The notes beneath the pieces are model-generated. The model saw nothing but the letters and a program-made list of their open reading frames with translations. It made no database searches and was not told where the DNA came from. DNA of 64,000 nt from Auanema rhodensis (Eukaryota > Animalia > Nematoda), in the NCBI GenBank assembly GCA_964057225.1, contig OZ059896.1:16740001-16804000 (forward strand). The letters run 5' to 3'. Position numbers and translations under genes: made by a program. Of the stretch, positions 43,120-56,823 are shown in pieces; the stretch's first letter is position 1; each line of letters begins with the position of its first letter.

Positions 43120-45237
43120 TTACATGACGATATTTCCATTTCTTCGGCTTTTCTCTTCCTTTTCTAATTGTTTTTCCATCAAATAGGTACCAGTGCGTGA
43201 GATAAAAGTAAATAAGATGTAACCAGCGAAGATGATACCAGCTTAAACATATAAAATTTAGTATAAATTATTGAATTATTGATTCTTACCTCCAACAACT
43301 AAGAGATAAACTGCTGGCTTACTCACGAGGAAACCGATAAGAGCAAGAGCTTCGAGTACATAGACAAATCCAGCAACAACCTGAATTGATGGAATATATG
43401 AAGCATTGAGTTGTTTTCATTTAATGATTTTTTTGATTTTGTTTTTTCATTTTTATGCTCTACCTGTCGGTGAAGATGTGATCCTAAAAAGCTTCCGAGT
43501 GGTCCAACGGTAGCAGAAACTGGAACAGATAGCGAGAAGTATCTCCAAGCCATGATATCAATATCACCCATCATAGCAGCACGGTAGAAGAAACCGAAAA
43601 CGGCATTAATACCTATAAATAAAACATAAGTTTTATTGATATAATCCTAGATTTTCGATTCAAAATGATAAAACTTGTGATTATTTTGTATTTCCACAAG
43701 CCTATTTTGACCAGTTTGCATGTGATAAGAAGAATTATCAGAAATCTATTGTGATTTCATAAGAAAAGCCAAAAAAAAGATTGATTATAAACCTTTTTTT
43801 TGCGTATAGTCGGTATAAAACAATTGAAGCACGTCATGCGCTAAGACTAGTTCAGTTTGATTTGATTGATTACCTTGTGTGGTCTTTCAACTATCAAACT
43901 GTTCAATCAACGTTCAAGACAATTTGGCCATTTCTTAAGAAATTCAACATATTGTATGTTGAAACAATGATGATGATATGGCTATTTCTCATAATTATTT
44001 TAATTAAATCAATAATTTACCTTTGAGAATTACAGTTGTTGGTGTAGCTGTTTTTTCGGTAACACGGAATAAAAGAGTAATAATTGAAAAGATAGCAATG
44101 TCAATACCAGATCCAGCAAAAGCATCAAATACACCTGTAAAGGTGATATTGAACAACTTAATTTTAAATTTTAGATAGCTTACCTCCTATGAATCCGGTG
44201 ATCAAGAGAACAAGTCCCTTCCAAAGTTTGAAGTCAGGAATTTCTCTGAAGGTTGAACGCTTCTTCTGAGAGTTGAGAAGAGCTAGAGCAATAGCAAAAG
44301 CAGTCCAGATGGACACAAATAACATTTTCTTTTCTGGGCCAGTGAATAGAGGATCAACCTATAAAGAGACAATACTGATCATCAGAAAGTTTGGTTATAA
44401 TCCTACAAAGTGAACACCAATGATAAAGCCTGGAATAGCTCCCATTGTTCCGAGAACAACAGCACGACTTTCGAATTTGACTTTCATCATAACTACGCAA
44501 GTTAAAGCAGATGTCATACCTGAATATCAATTATTAGTATTCGTTCAATTTGTTCAATTTTTTATCATTTTGGTGTGAATGAAGTGCAAAACGAACCAAT
44601 TGATTGAATCATGATAGAGAAATCTCTCGCAATCGTTGGAGCGATGTGCAAAGCTAATGTCATTACAGGGAAAGCTACAGCGCCACTTCCTTCAGAAGTC
44701 ATTCCTACAAAGTTATTTTGAATTTTGTATTTCAAACGTTTTATCTTACCTCCAACAAATGATCCTAATGCCATAGTTAATGGCATATGCCAATATTGGG
44801 GAAAATATTGGAAGAAATTATGTCTAAAAGCTACCATCCACCAGATAATCTTAAAAAAACAAAAAATATTATCTTATGCTTTATCTATTGATCTTTACCT
44901 GAGCTAATAAGAATGGAATGAGCATAGCTACATATTTCCTATATTTGATGAAGAGTAAATCACTCAAAGTTGGATTTTCTGGTAGTTTTTGGAGCTCATC
45001 CTCAGCTTCATCACTCAAGTGTTGACCTGAAATGCCAACTTAGTCTTTCGCTAAGTCCAGTCATGATTTACCTTCAAGAAGATACTTCTTGCACCATTTC
45101 ATGAGTTTTCCATCGTTATTAGTTTCAACAGCTACTGGTGGAACTTTAACTCCATCTAAATAATGAAATTATTTATGTTTGTATGAATAGAATATAGATG
45201 TACCTTGAGCAGTAGAAATATAAGTAGCCTTATTCAT
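43120..45237 (-). CDS. Sulfite exporter TauE/SafE family membrane protein
   Basis: ATG at 45237 (MNKATYISTAQ|DGVKVPP...KYLLEG). Motifs include WHMPLTMALGSFVGGMTSEGSGAVAFPVMTLALHIAPTIARDFSIMIQSIG, GFIGGVFDAFAGSGIDIAIFSIITLLFRVTEKTATPTTV and SVPVSATVGPLGSFLGSHLHRQV. The protein ends ...RRNGNIVM* at 43120. Confidence 0.85.
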
Positions 45238-45394
45238 TCTCTTATAACTGTGATTTGTTATAAGATAGAAACAGGAAGAGTAGAAGACTTTGAATACTTT
45301 GATGGATAGTTGAGAATAGTTGAAAGTTGAATTTCTTTCGTTTTCGATCAGAAACAGACCAATTGCCTTATTTTTCTCGTCCACTCTTTTATAC

Positions 45395-45447
45395 CTAAGC
45401 TTACAGTACCGCCCACGCACATAGGGCGGGTGTACGGTATAGGCTAG
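45395..45447. promoter_or_regulatory. GC-rich imperfect palindrome with inverted GC boxes, ~160 bp upstream of the TauE/SafE ATG
   Basis: CTAAGCTTACAGTA-CCGCCC-ACGCACATA-GGGCGG-GTGTACGGTATAGGCTAG. Confidence 0.45.
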
Positions 45448-48400
45448 AGCATGTTTTAAAACAAAATTTGGTCATTTCCTTTGTTCAGAAAAAAAAGAAA
45501 AAAATCGCCATTATTCTCTAGTCTTACAGTTTGACAAGACGAACATATTTGTACAGTTTTAAACCAATAATTGTCATTCTTTCATTAAATTTCAAAAGAA
45601 AGCCGATTTTCGAATTAATATCGTTTTGATGTTGTAAAGTATTTTAAAATATTTTCATTTTTATAAACTTTTCCATATATTTCTTTTCTATTTTTTTAAT
45701 TAATTAATTTATATATTATTATATGTATTCATATTTATAATAAAATAAAATTGTGTAGGTGGTGTATCTTGTCTTGGAACACAAACTGAATACCAGAGAT
45801 CTCGAAATTGAAATATAAAAATAAAATAAACTGACATCAACCATTTCATATAATTATTATAAAATTAAGAAAAAAAATATAATTTTGACATTAAACTGTT
45901 ATTTTATATAAAATAAACAACTATAAACATATCTATATATATATATTCAATAATTTTAAAAAATGTTGTTAAATACAAGTTATAGGTGTCAAGTTGTTAA
46001 TACTTTTCTGTCTCTGTATGTCTATCTAACTGTCAAATCATAAGAACATTCTTCTTTTCATGTTTGACCTAACTCTACTTGATTGCTGCTTTTCAAACCT
46101 ACTGTAGAATAATCATCATTACCGTTACATATAGCATGATGTAGGATGTGATGTATAGTTGAATGGAGGAAAGAGTTGAAAGACATATGCATTCAATGGC
46201 ATATTCTAACCCAATTTTCATTCAAATACCTATTGATACATTGAAGATGCTACATTATGAACTCGATTGATCTTATATGATTGCGATTTTCCCTATGATG
46301 TCGTCTTGCTTGTGATCAGTGTTAACATCTGACCAAAACTTTCCTGATCTAAATTCTACCATCTCAATCATATACATCATGATCTTTAAACTAAAATAAT
46401 CAATATTACATAGATTTAAAGACAATGTTTTTAACTTATTTTCTTTATATATACATGTATAGAATAGAAAAAAATGTTTATTTATTACATAACAATTTAA
46501 TAATTTATAAACTTTAATCCAAGATTAATTATATTTAATAAGAACTAATCATTCATTACTATACCAAATTATATTATTGTATTGATAAGAATGCTATAAA
46601 TAGTTTTCGTGACATCCATGTCAACTTAAACGAAGTAATTTTTACTATTTTTTTCATTTTTCTTTGTTTAATTCTTCTTTGACTTATCAATACCGTTTCC
46701 GATTAGTCTCTCAACTTTCTATTTTTGTGTAAGATTGAACCCATTTATGGCATCGGCTAATATCATCTGACCCATTGAAAGAATAGAAACTGATTATCTT
46801 TGTGTTTCGGAAGCACGAATCGTTGGAAGTTCATGATGAACGTCGAAAGACCAATAACTAAACTTGTCGTCTTATCAATCTTATCATCATACATTTAATA
46901 GAAAGATGATGAATACAAGAAACATGTCTTATACTCATGAAAGACCAACTTTGTCCATACTTTCAGTATTTTCTTCATTAAAATTGTATTTTTCTTCTAC
47001 AAAAAAGAAATATTATATATTGATCTATGTATTTATGTTTTATATACTTTTTTAGATTTACAAAGACATCTATTCTAAGTTTATTTCCATTATTAATTGT
47101 TAAATAATATAAATGTAAACTTAAATAGAAAATTATTAAGTGAATTATGATAAGAATTATTAAATTTGTTCAAAATTTTTTTTAAAAAATAATGTGAAGA
47201 AGAGAAAATAAAATTTTCTTTTTATGGTTAACTTAGTGAGAACTGATTCTTACATTTATAAATTTATAAGAGAAACTTTAATATTATATGCAATATAACT
47301 AAAATGACAATTAAAACATATTTTATTCTATTGATATGTACTGAGAAAAAAATAAAATTTGAGATAATTTTTCAAATCTCAAATTTTACTGTATCAACAC
47401 AGAAGATACAATAATTCCGTTCATCATTAAATGTACTCAAATCTTAATCAAGATATTTTGAATAGAAAACATAAAATTAAAAAAAAATTATATTATAATT
47501 TAGTATTTCATCTATAACAATACATATATAACTATGCCGAAAACTTATTAGAAATGAATGAAATTTAACTTTAAAGGATAATCATTAGAGAAACAACGAT
47601 GCTCTATCTTCATCGAAATCAATCAACAGGGAACTTTGTATATGAATTTTTTAAATCTTCTTCATATTCATCATCTTTAATAGTATAATTTTTTGATTTT
47701 GAATGTATTATTTCAATATTATCAGACGATCAACATCGCCTGTCGTCGTTTAGTTTTCTTGAAATAATTCAAATAATGACGACAAAATATTTTCTCATCA
47801 TCATATACATATATTTTCTTAACTATATTATATAATTTGTAGTATATAATACGCCTTTTCGTCCTTGATATTATATTTATAATGACAATAATTCCAGTGT
47901 TTTGAAATGTTCATCTCTGTATTGTATTTTGAACTTTCAAGTAATTTATTTTAATTATTCAAAAGATTATGAGGTTTGAAAAAGGTTTTCAAAACTTAAA
48001 TTAAAAGATTTTGTTGAAATATAAATAATATTTATATTTTGAATTAAAAATAAAGTGAAGTAATAAGAATTTATTTGGAAATTATGTGTTCAATTGGACG
48101 ATCTTTGAGATCGATCTCGTCGGTTTTGAAACGGGCATTCCACTTCTTACAAGTGCTGTAGTGTGGAGAAGATTCTCCATAAACAGCTTTCATTTTACGA
48201 AACTTCTTCAACAGTAACCCTTGTTAACATGAAAAGAGGGAAAGGCTCATATGAACTAGATTCATTACAAATATGAGCAAAATAACTAAATTAATATAAA
48301 ACTATTTTTGCAAATAAAATTAGCTTACTATTTGGAAAACGGATCATGTTAACAACCAAATAAAATAATAATATATACATATATTTAATAAATAAAACAT

Positions 48401-48804
48401 ATATATTACTATAATATTATAATATTTAAATACATTATTTAAAAATGTTGTATTATATGATTTCTGTATTATATTTCTTATATTCAATGTAATTGCAAAT
48501 CAACGTCTTCTCGATTGTAGCTTCTTGTTTTCTCTGTCTTCTACTTTGAATACATGATATCTAAATTTTGAAGTTCAATATACTATATAATACATATAAC
48601 ATATAAATATATATTATATTAAATATTCATATATACTTACATAGTTTCCCTCCTCCTTTCAGTACCGAGTACAATTCAACATTCACTAAACAGATTATAA
48701 TTTTAATTACTAAACTGGAGAGTCTTTTTAACTAAATTAAGCTAATATATTCATATATTCACCTATTCTCTATATTTCTTTCTATTTTTTTATTTTAGAT
48801 CATA

Positions 48805-50977
48805 ATGATCTGGTAGGTATTTTTTCTCACCGATATAATATAAGTTGCTAAAATATTGTTTAATTTTTTAAAAAAAGTCAAGAATTTTGTTTATATTTTC
48901 AAAATTTTCAAAATTTTTGAATTTTAATTCAATTTATCAATGAAATCTTTTCAATTTAATTTAACTTTTGAGATTGAAGAGATTCTACATAACACTATAT
49001 ATAACATACATACGTATATGCTACTTATACATATAAAAACATAATATAGATTATTCAAAACTTTGAGTTTTGCCAATAATATTTAAGAAAACAGATCAAA
49101 AAGAAATGTAATTATTATAAATTTAAAATTTATATTATTATTATTTAACTATATAATAATTTTTTTCTTTTCATCTGTAATTTTAGGCATAAAATCTTGT
49201 TGATATATAGTTTCACTTTAATCCTACCTTGCTCACTTTGTACTAATTTTATATTAGCAACAACTATTTATCATGTAACATATAATACAGATAAGTATTG
49301 TAAAATATTTTTTTATATTGGTGTACTAATCAATGTGGGATTATCAATAACTTTCAGTTTAGTAACACCGGTTAGTTTTTTTTTATTTTTTTTAAATTTT
49401 AAAATATCAAAAATACAAGTTTATAAAAATATGTAGTGGATAAGCAAAAGCTCTGCCTCCTTCCTATTGAAATGAATATAAAATGTCTAATTCTGAAAAT
49501 TACCAAATTTATTTTCTTGAAATTTTAAAAATAGAAGTACTATTGAAAATCAAAAATCAGTTTGGATCTGTTCTTGTATATTTTGATTCTGAAGTTTTGT
49601 TCAGAATGAAGTTTTTTCGTGAAAAACTGAGTGATAAATAGTTTCCAAAAACTAATCATCCAGATTTGAAAAAATGATATCATTGTATATCATTTATAAA
49701 AAATATGAAATTGCCAAGAGTTTTTGAAAGGTCAGGATAAATATTTGCTAAAAATTAAAATTATATCATCTGATTATCTTTTTATTTACTTGAATGAAAA
49801 ACACGAAGCAGAACGTTTGCATTCTTTATATTTTTAAAATATTTTGATAATATTCTCAAACTTATCAAAACTTGAATAGATAGGTTTAAGCATTTCTTTT
49901 AATGTTGTGATATCTTTTTGTTTTGATATTATACATATACTATATCATACAAATATATCAAATATGTTTTATTTATTTTTTTAGATTTATATTAGAAATT
50001 CGTCGATTATTGCTATTGTTGTTACTGATCCCGTTATATCACTTGATTACAAACTTACTGTAATTCTTTCATGTGCATTTAGTATCTTTGTGGGAGCTGT
50101 ATTCTTAGCTATAGGATGTTGTTTCAGTTATCGTTATATTTTAATTTGTCGGTATGATTTTTAAAAAACTTAGAAAATCTAATATAATATATAAAATATT
50201 ATTTACTATTATTTTGGATTAAGTTATTTCATTTTAGGCCAGATTTAATTGCAAGTGTAGGTAATATACGAATAGTTTGTGCTATCATATCAATGAGTAC
50301 TAAATTGGCTATGTGTTGGCTATCAGCTTGTGCATATCTCTTTCATCCACGAGAGAAATATGACTTAAAACTTGCTAATGTATGTAAAACACAGCTTGAG
50401 ATTAATATCAGTGAAACATTTTATTGGGCCATAGATTCTGAGGTATTATATAATAATTTATAATATGAAAAAATATATTTTTAAGGAATTAACATCATCA
50501 TTTAGTATAGCTATATCATCTTTTATATTATTTGTTCCAATATTTGAAATATGTATGATTATATCATTAGCTAGCTGTATTATATGTAAATTAAGAGAAA
50601 GTAATAAATTAAGTTTATATATGAAACATTCACAAATGAAACAATTTCGTCTTCTTCTTCTTCAGGTAATTTTTAAATTTTTTAAAATTATTTTATTTAT
50701 AATTAAAGAAATATGATTATAGTGTACGGGATCAATTACTTTTCTATATTTACCATTTATTTCTTTCTTTATGATAGCATTTTATAAATTAAATATTCCT
50801 AGTTGGGTAGGATTTATATTGTGTCAATCATATAGTATATATCCAATAATTAATCCAATTGCTATGTTATCTTGTATTCAGCCATATAACCGTTACGTAA
50901 CTAATCTTTTACAAAAAACTTTTTGTATTGTTTCATTACAAAATAATCGAGCACATCGTGTAATATTTTTAAAATAA
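48805..50977 (+). CDS. 7TM chemoreceptor GPCR 1 (Str superfamily, str/srd-like)
   Basis: Micro-exon ATG ATC TG at 48805, then exons at about 49187-49370, 49985-50151, 50238-50442, 50486-50665 and 50723-50977, all in frame. Motifs are FSYRYILICRP, QFRLLLLQ and YPIINPIAMLSCIQPYNR. Confidence 0.85.
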
Positions 50978-51530
50978 AAATAATAATTATTAATAACATT
51001 ATTATATATAATATTATAAAAATTAGATATATATGAGTACAACACATATTGATTACTAATTAGGATAATACTGATTAAACATATTTTCTCATTATTGTTG
51101 TAATATATATACATATATATAAGTATAAAACTTTACTTCATAATACTTAGATATTTCGTATCCAAGTATTGTTGCTGTAATTCTTCGTATTTGTTTTACA
51201 AAATTCAAAAACCTAAAGAGAAATTATATAATTAAACACTTGCATAGTTAAAATAAAAGTATATGCATGGATAGAAGATTTGTACTTGATATATGTAACT
51301 GTATGCAGTTTCATTTAATATTAAAATCATATTTTACTAATTTTTGCGTAATATCTATTATCTTCTTTTTCCATATTAACGTATGTTTCAAAAGAATATA
51401 TTAATATTATACATTATATATTTGAAATAATAGGTTTTTCAAATATAATGCATGCAGGTAATTCTGATAAAGTTCTGATTTAACAGTCAAATACTTGAAA
51501 ACATGGTAATAATGTAATGACAAATATAAT

Positions 51531-51561
<31 letters not shown>

Positions 51562-52187
51562 ATGTTTCTTTTTATTTTAATTGCGAGATAATGCAAAACT
51601 ACATTTGACTGATGTCGTACATCAAGAGAATGGATGAGAGTCAGAAATCGTAATACATGTATTAGCTTCACTCATATAATAACATATATTATGTCTCATG
51701 GGACATACATATATCACTAAAACAATAGTGATTTTGTATTAATTTGCTATATTTTCATGTTAGCACCTATCTTCTATCAATTATGATCGGGCAGCTTCAG
51801 TTTGTGGGTTCTTCAGTCCATTTAGTGATTCTAAATGAAAAATACTTACAATTATGTTATTTTATATTTTCAAAAATTTTTTTTCAAATATGTTAAATTC
51901 TTAAAATGAAAAAGTTCACAACATTTGCATATATTTTATTAAAAAAGTTCAATTAATCAATAAACTTAAAAAATACTATATAAAAGATATTTTTTCTCTT
52001 TATTTGTTTGTATTAACAATTTGTTAAATTTAAATGAAAAAAGTTTTTGTATATGTAGCTTCATTTTCAAATTAAATTTACTTGCTTGCTGCCAGGAATT
52101 CTAATGAAACTTCAATATTTCAGCATTTTCTTTTAAAAAACTTTTAGTATATTACTTGAAATTGCATGAACATTCGTTCTACAACAT

Positions 52188-53522
52188 ATGCTTTGGTGAG
52201 TTCTATTTTCATATTTCAATTCCTTGACTTACATTTCTCTCTTTTTCAAATACAAGAACAAGGAATCTTTTAATTTTGTTTTTTAGTTTTGAGGCAAAAA
52301 GAAAAGAAAAAATGAAATGCAAAATACGGTTGTTGAATTATTCCTTAATTACAGGCATCACCATATTCTTAAATTTTATAGTATTTTCATTGCTTTACCA
52401 TTAGGAGTCATATTCAATGTTATGCTAGCTTATATTGTCTATAATTGTCCATTAAGTACTCGCTTTTCATATCGCATTTACCTGTATATGTATGCTTTGA
52501 TGGATATACTGACAACACTCTTCTTCAGTTTTTCAACATCTGTTAGCTATTCAATTAATAAATTATTTAAAAAAATAATCAGCTTTTTTCTATTCAGACA
52601 TTCATCTTTGAACAATCAACTCTCGCAATCGTTGTGCTAGGTCCAGCAATGGACTACGGATATTCTGTGACTGAAGTTGCTCTGTTAGGTCTAATCGGTT
52701 GTTTGGGATCATTATTCTTTATATTAGCTATATGTTTTACATGTCAATACGTCATCATATGCAAGTAATCCAAGAAACTATATTCAAACTTTGAATTATA
52801 ATGAAGCTTATGATCATCAGTCTAATTTCAGACCAAAGCTATATTCCATTCTACTAGATAAGCGTACAAGGATTTCAGCTATTATTTCAAATATTATATT
52901 TCTAATATTATTTATATATGGAATAAAACATATATTCTGTCCTAAAGAATATTATGCGGATATTTTGAAAAAGAAATGGAATGATTCTTTAGGATTTGAT
53001 ATAGAAGATCAATTCTACTTAGCAATTGACTTCAAGGTTTTTTCCTAAAATTTCATTTATGAAGTTACATTAATTTATAAAATTTGTAAGATATATTCAA
53101 AGCCTAAAATTTTTATTAATAAAATGTATATATTATTATTACTTCTTACTGGAACATTTATTGTTACTATATTATCTTTGCTTATTCATCGGAAATTACG
53201 AAAAAATTTGAAATATAACCCAAAGAGGTATTCTATTCAATGGTTATATTTTAAAATTTTGCTTATACAGGTTGGTTGAAAGAATATCTTCTTATTAAGC
53301 TTCTAAATAACTTTTTTCAAGGCTGCTGTACAATGTATGTTCTTGTATCCAACATGCTGCAGCTCATTTATTATTCCATTTTTTGAGCTAAGTCCACCAG
53401 CATGGCTTGGTTCTTTCCTTTTTGGAACATTAGTCATTTTTCCTGTGATTAATCCACTTGGTATCATATGGATGATACAAGAATATCGGATTTTCTGTAA
53501 TATAAATAGCTTAGAGGAATAA
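52188..53522 (+). CDS. 7TM chemoreceptor GPCR 2 (Str superfamily), short C-tail
   Basis: Micro-exon ATG CTT TG at 52188 splices to G CAT CAC CAT at 52355. Intron positions match the paralogues. Motifs are QWLYFKILLIQ and FPVINPLGIIWMIQEYR. Confidence 0.82.
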
Positions 53523-54818
53523 TGTTTCAACTAATTTCATGAAGATTATTGTTGATTGTTTCTTAAGAAATCTTCATTTTATTTTATTTATATTTAATTT
53601 TAATTCTTTAGTTCTAATATATTCTGTTTGAATAAAGTTTGTATAAACTTACATATTTGAAATATAATTAATTGTTGTTTCACAAAATTCAGAAAAAAAT
53701 TCAGCAAAAAGTTCTGCTCTTTCTATAAGGAAACATAGCTTTAAAAAAATAAAATTTTGTTATAAATGTAAAGAAATTATTTAATTCTATATACTAATCT
53801 AATCGTTTAATAATTCTTCCTTCTAGAGTATTTTACAGAATTTACAGCCTTTAAGAAGCATTATGCTCTCCTAACTTCTGAAAAAAAACAAGAAAGCTTC
53901 TCATTATGATAATTATTTAACCGAATAAAATAAATAGCATTTGATATATGAACTAAAAATAATAATAAATTTTTAAATTTCAAAACTTCAATTTCGTCTT
54001 TCTCACGTATGATGCTATACCATGTATACAGTACTTAGTTAATGACTTCGCAACGACATAATATGTTCAAATTATCAGAATTCTTAATAACATATACTAA
54101 TTTTTTAAAAATCATCAAACTTTCAATATATATATCAAGAATTGTTATGAATATATATCGAACAACAACTTTATTACTACTGATTTATAAGAAAAAATAT
54201 GCTGCCGTCGATCAAGTTCATATTAAGAAATAGGGTTAATTATTTGAATTTCTGTAAAAAATCCGAAATATTCGTGATGTGCCAAGAAAAGAAATGATTA
54301 GTTTATGTGAGTTCATTGGAAACTTTAGTAACAATCTATTTGAAAGGTTTATTCAACAAATCTTTTTACTGATATCATCTATTTGAGAGAAAACTATTCA
54401 AAAAATTCTTCAATTACATACAGTATATGAAAATAGTTTTTCAACACAAAATTATATTCAAAATCTGTATGTTAGTTAGATATTTAATTGAATTAAATCT
54501 TTATTTAAGTAAATTAAAGTATTTTTTTCTTAATTATTATTTTACATGTTAATAAATAAAGTTTTTGTTTCTGCCCTTTTTTCAGATCAAATTAACAATA
54601 CTCTAGAGTATGCAAGTATGTATATATAAATGTTTTTAGTCTGAATGTTCTCATTCATAAAGCTGAAAGCTTATTTTGAACTTGTGTCAATTTCTGAGAA
54701 CAGTGTGAAAGCTTTAGATATATCAAGAGCTTGTGTCATATAATACTCTGATATTTTCTGTATTAACTGTATTGTTATACAGTTAGTAATATACTTATCT
54801 ATTTAGAAGACTTGAAAT

Positions 54819-56308
54819 ATGATTTGGTTAGTTTTATTTAATTCATTTTTTCTTATAATAAATATCAAATTTTGATTTTTTGAACCTATAAATGTGTTTT
54901 GATAATTGCTTTGTTCTGATTCCAGTATTTTTTTCTATTTCCTATCCGTTGTTCATGCGGAACTTTATTTATTACGAGTACAGTAGCTCATAACTAAATC
55001 ATATCTAAAAGCTATAACATTACTCTTTGACCTACAAATCCATTCAAAATTTTAAAATTTTAAAATATTATTAAATATATGTATTAATAGTATATAATTA
55101 ACTTTAGGCATTACAATGTTATGACTATTTTCATATATGCATTTACTTTACCTTTCGGAATTGGATTCAATATTCTACTAGTTTATGTTGCTTATAATTG
55201 TAAAAACAGTTTAATTGGAAATTATAGAGCATTTTTCTATATATTTGCATTTGTTGATTCAACATTTGAAATATCTTTCGTGTTATGTATGCCTGTAAGG
55301 CTTATACAGAAAAAATCAAATTACTACGATGCTTCTTCAGACATATCTCTATGAGGATTCTGCTGTTATAGCTGCATCAGTTGGTGAAATACAACAATTT
55401 GGTCAAATAGTATCAGCATGTGCAACATACATCTATGCTGCAGCTTTATGCATAATCTATATTATGGTTGGAAATTGTTTCATCTATAGATATATTTTAA
55501 TTTGCAGGTATAATATAACAAACTTTTGTTGATTATAAATAATTTATTATATTTTAGGCCAGATAAACAAATTTATTTAAAAAATACAAAAGTAATATCA
55601 TCATTCATATGTTTATCAATAATTATTGTGATGCTTTGGACATTTTCTTTATATATATTATTATCACCTAGAGAATATTATAATCAAATAATGGGCAAAA
55701 AAGTTTTCGATCAATTAGAATCTAATATAACTGAAATATTTTATTTTGCTTTTGATAAAAAGGTATTTTTCATAAAATATATTAAATATTAATTTATAAA
55801 TATTTAGATTCATTTTCCACATTCTTTAAATGTTGGTATTGTAGCATTTGTACTATCTCCTCTAGTTATCGAAACATTCATTATAGTATATGTTTCATAT
55901 AATATTTTGAAGAAATTACATGAAAATAAGAGAATAATAACTGATATCGTACAGTCATCTCAATGGAAATGCTTTCATCTTCTTATGCTTCAGGTTTTCA
56001 AGCTGAAATTATAATTCATACATGCTCAAAAGCTCTCTTTTCAGATTATATTACCTATTGTGTTTCTATATTTTCCATTTTGTTCTGCATTCGGTGTCTC
56101 AGTTTCTGAAGTTGAAATTCCAGGATGGTTTGGGTCATTTCAATCAGCATCGTATGCTTTCTTTCCTGTTGCATATCCAGCTACAATCATGTATTTTGTG
56201 AAAGATTATCGAAAATTCACCAAAAATTTATTTAAAAGAACAGTACTTGATAAAACTCACAGCGTTTTATCCGTTCGAAAACGTAGTATAGCTCCTCCAA
56301 CATGTTAA
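54819..56308 (+). CDS. 7TM chemoreceptor GPCR 3 (Str superfamily)
   Basis: Micro-exon ATG ATT TG at 54819 splices to G CAT TAC at 55108. Motifs are GFNILLVYVAYNCKNSLIGNYRAFFYIFAFVD, FIYRYILICRP, QWKCFHLLMLQ and FPVAYPATIMYFVKDYR. Confidence 0.87.
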
Positions 56309-56790
56309 CTATTTTATTTATAAACTTGATCCGAAATACTAAAATATTTTTAAAACTTTAATGGAATATTTGAAATAAAAATGTATATTCAATATTATAT
56401 ATTTAGTGTAGTACTTATACGCCAATTTATCGGATTCAAGTAGTCTTTAGATAGTTAAGACTTTATTATAAAGATTGCGTCCACAGTTCTAATCAAAATT
56501 AGTGACAAATATAACGAAAACAAGGCAAAAATCAAAATAAGAAAAGGAAAAGAAGTAAAGACGAAGTCTGGCGTGCAAGCTGAACAGCGCTGACTAACAT
56601 TCTTCTCCTTTCATGTTTTTTTTCAAATTTTTTATTAATATTTGATTTTAAAATTCAGAGAGCATAATTTCATTTCATTGAAATATTGTTGAAATAGATG
56701 AAGTATATTCCACTTGATTGACTGTAAGTATGTGTTGTATATACATAAATTAGTAATATTTTATAAAATAATATACATTATAGAATATAG

Positions 56791-56823
<33 letters not shown>

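Noticed and set aside
7932-46175. Seed-like matches to miR-73/74 (7932), miR-34 (10736), miR-51 family (20518) and miR-71 (46157)
   Set aside because: Only 8-10 nt match, and none sits in a convincing precursor hairpin.
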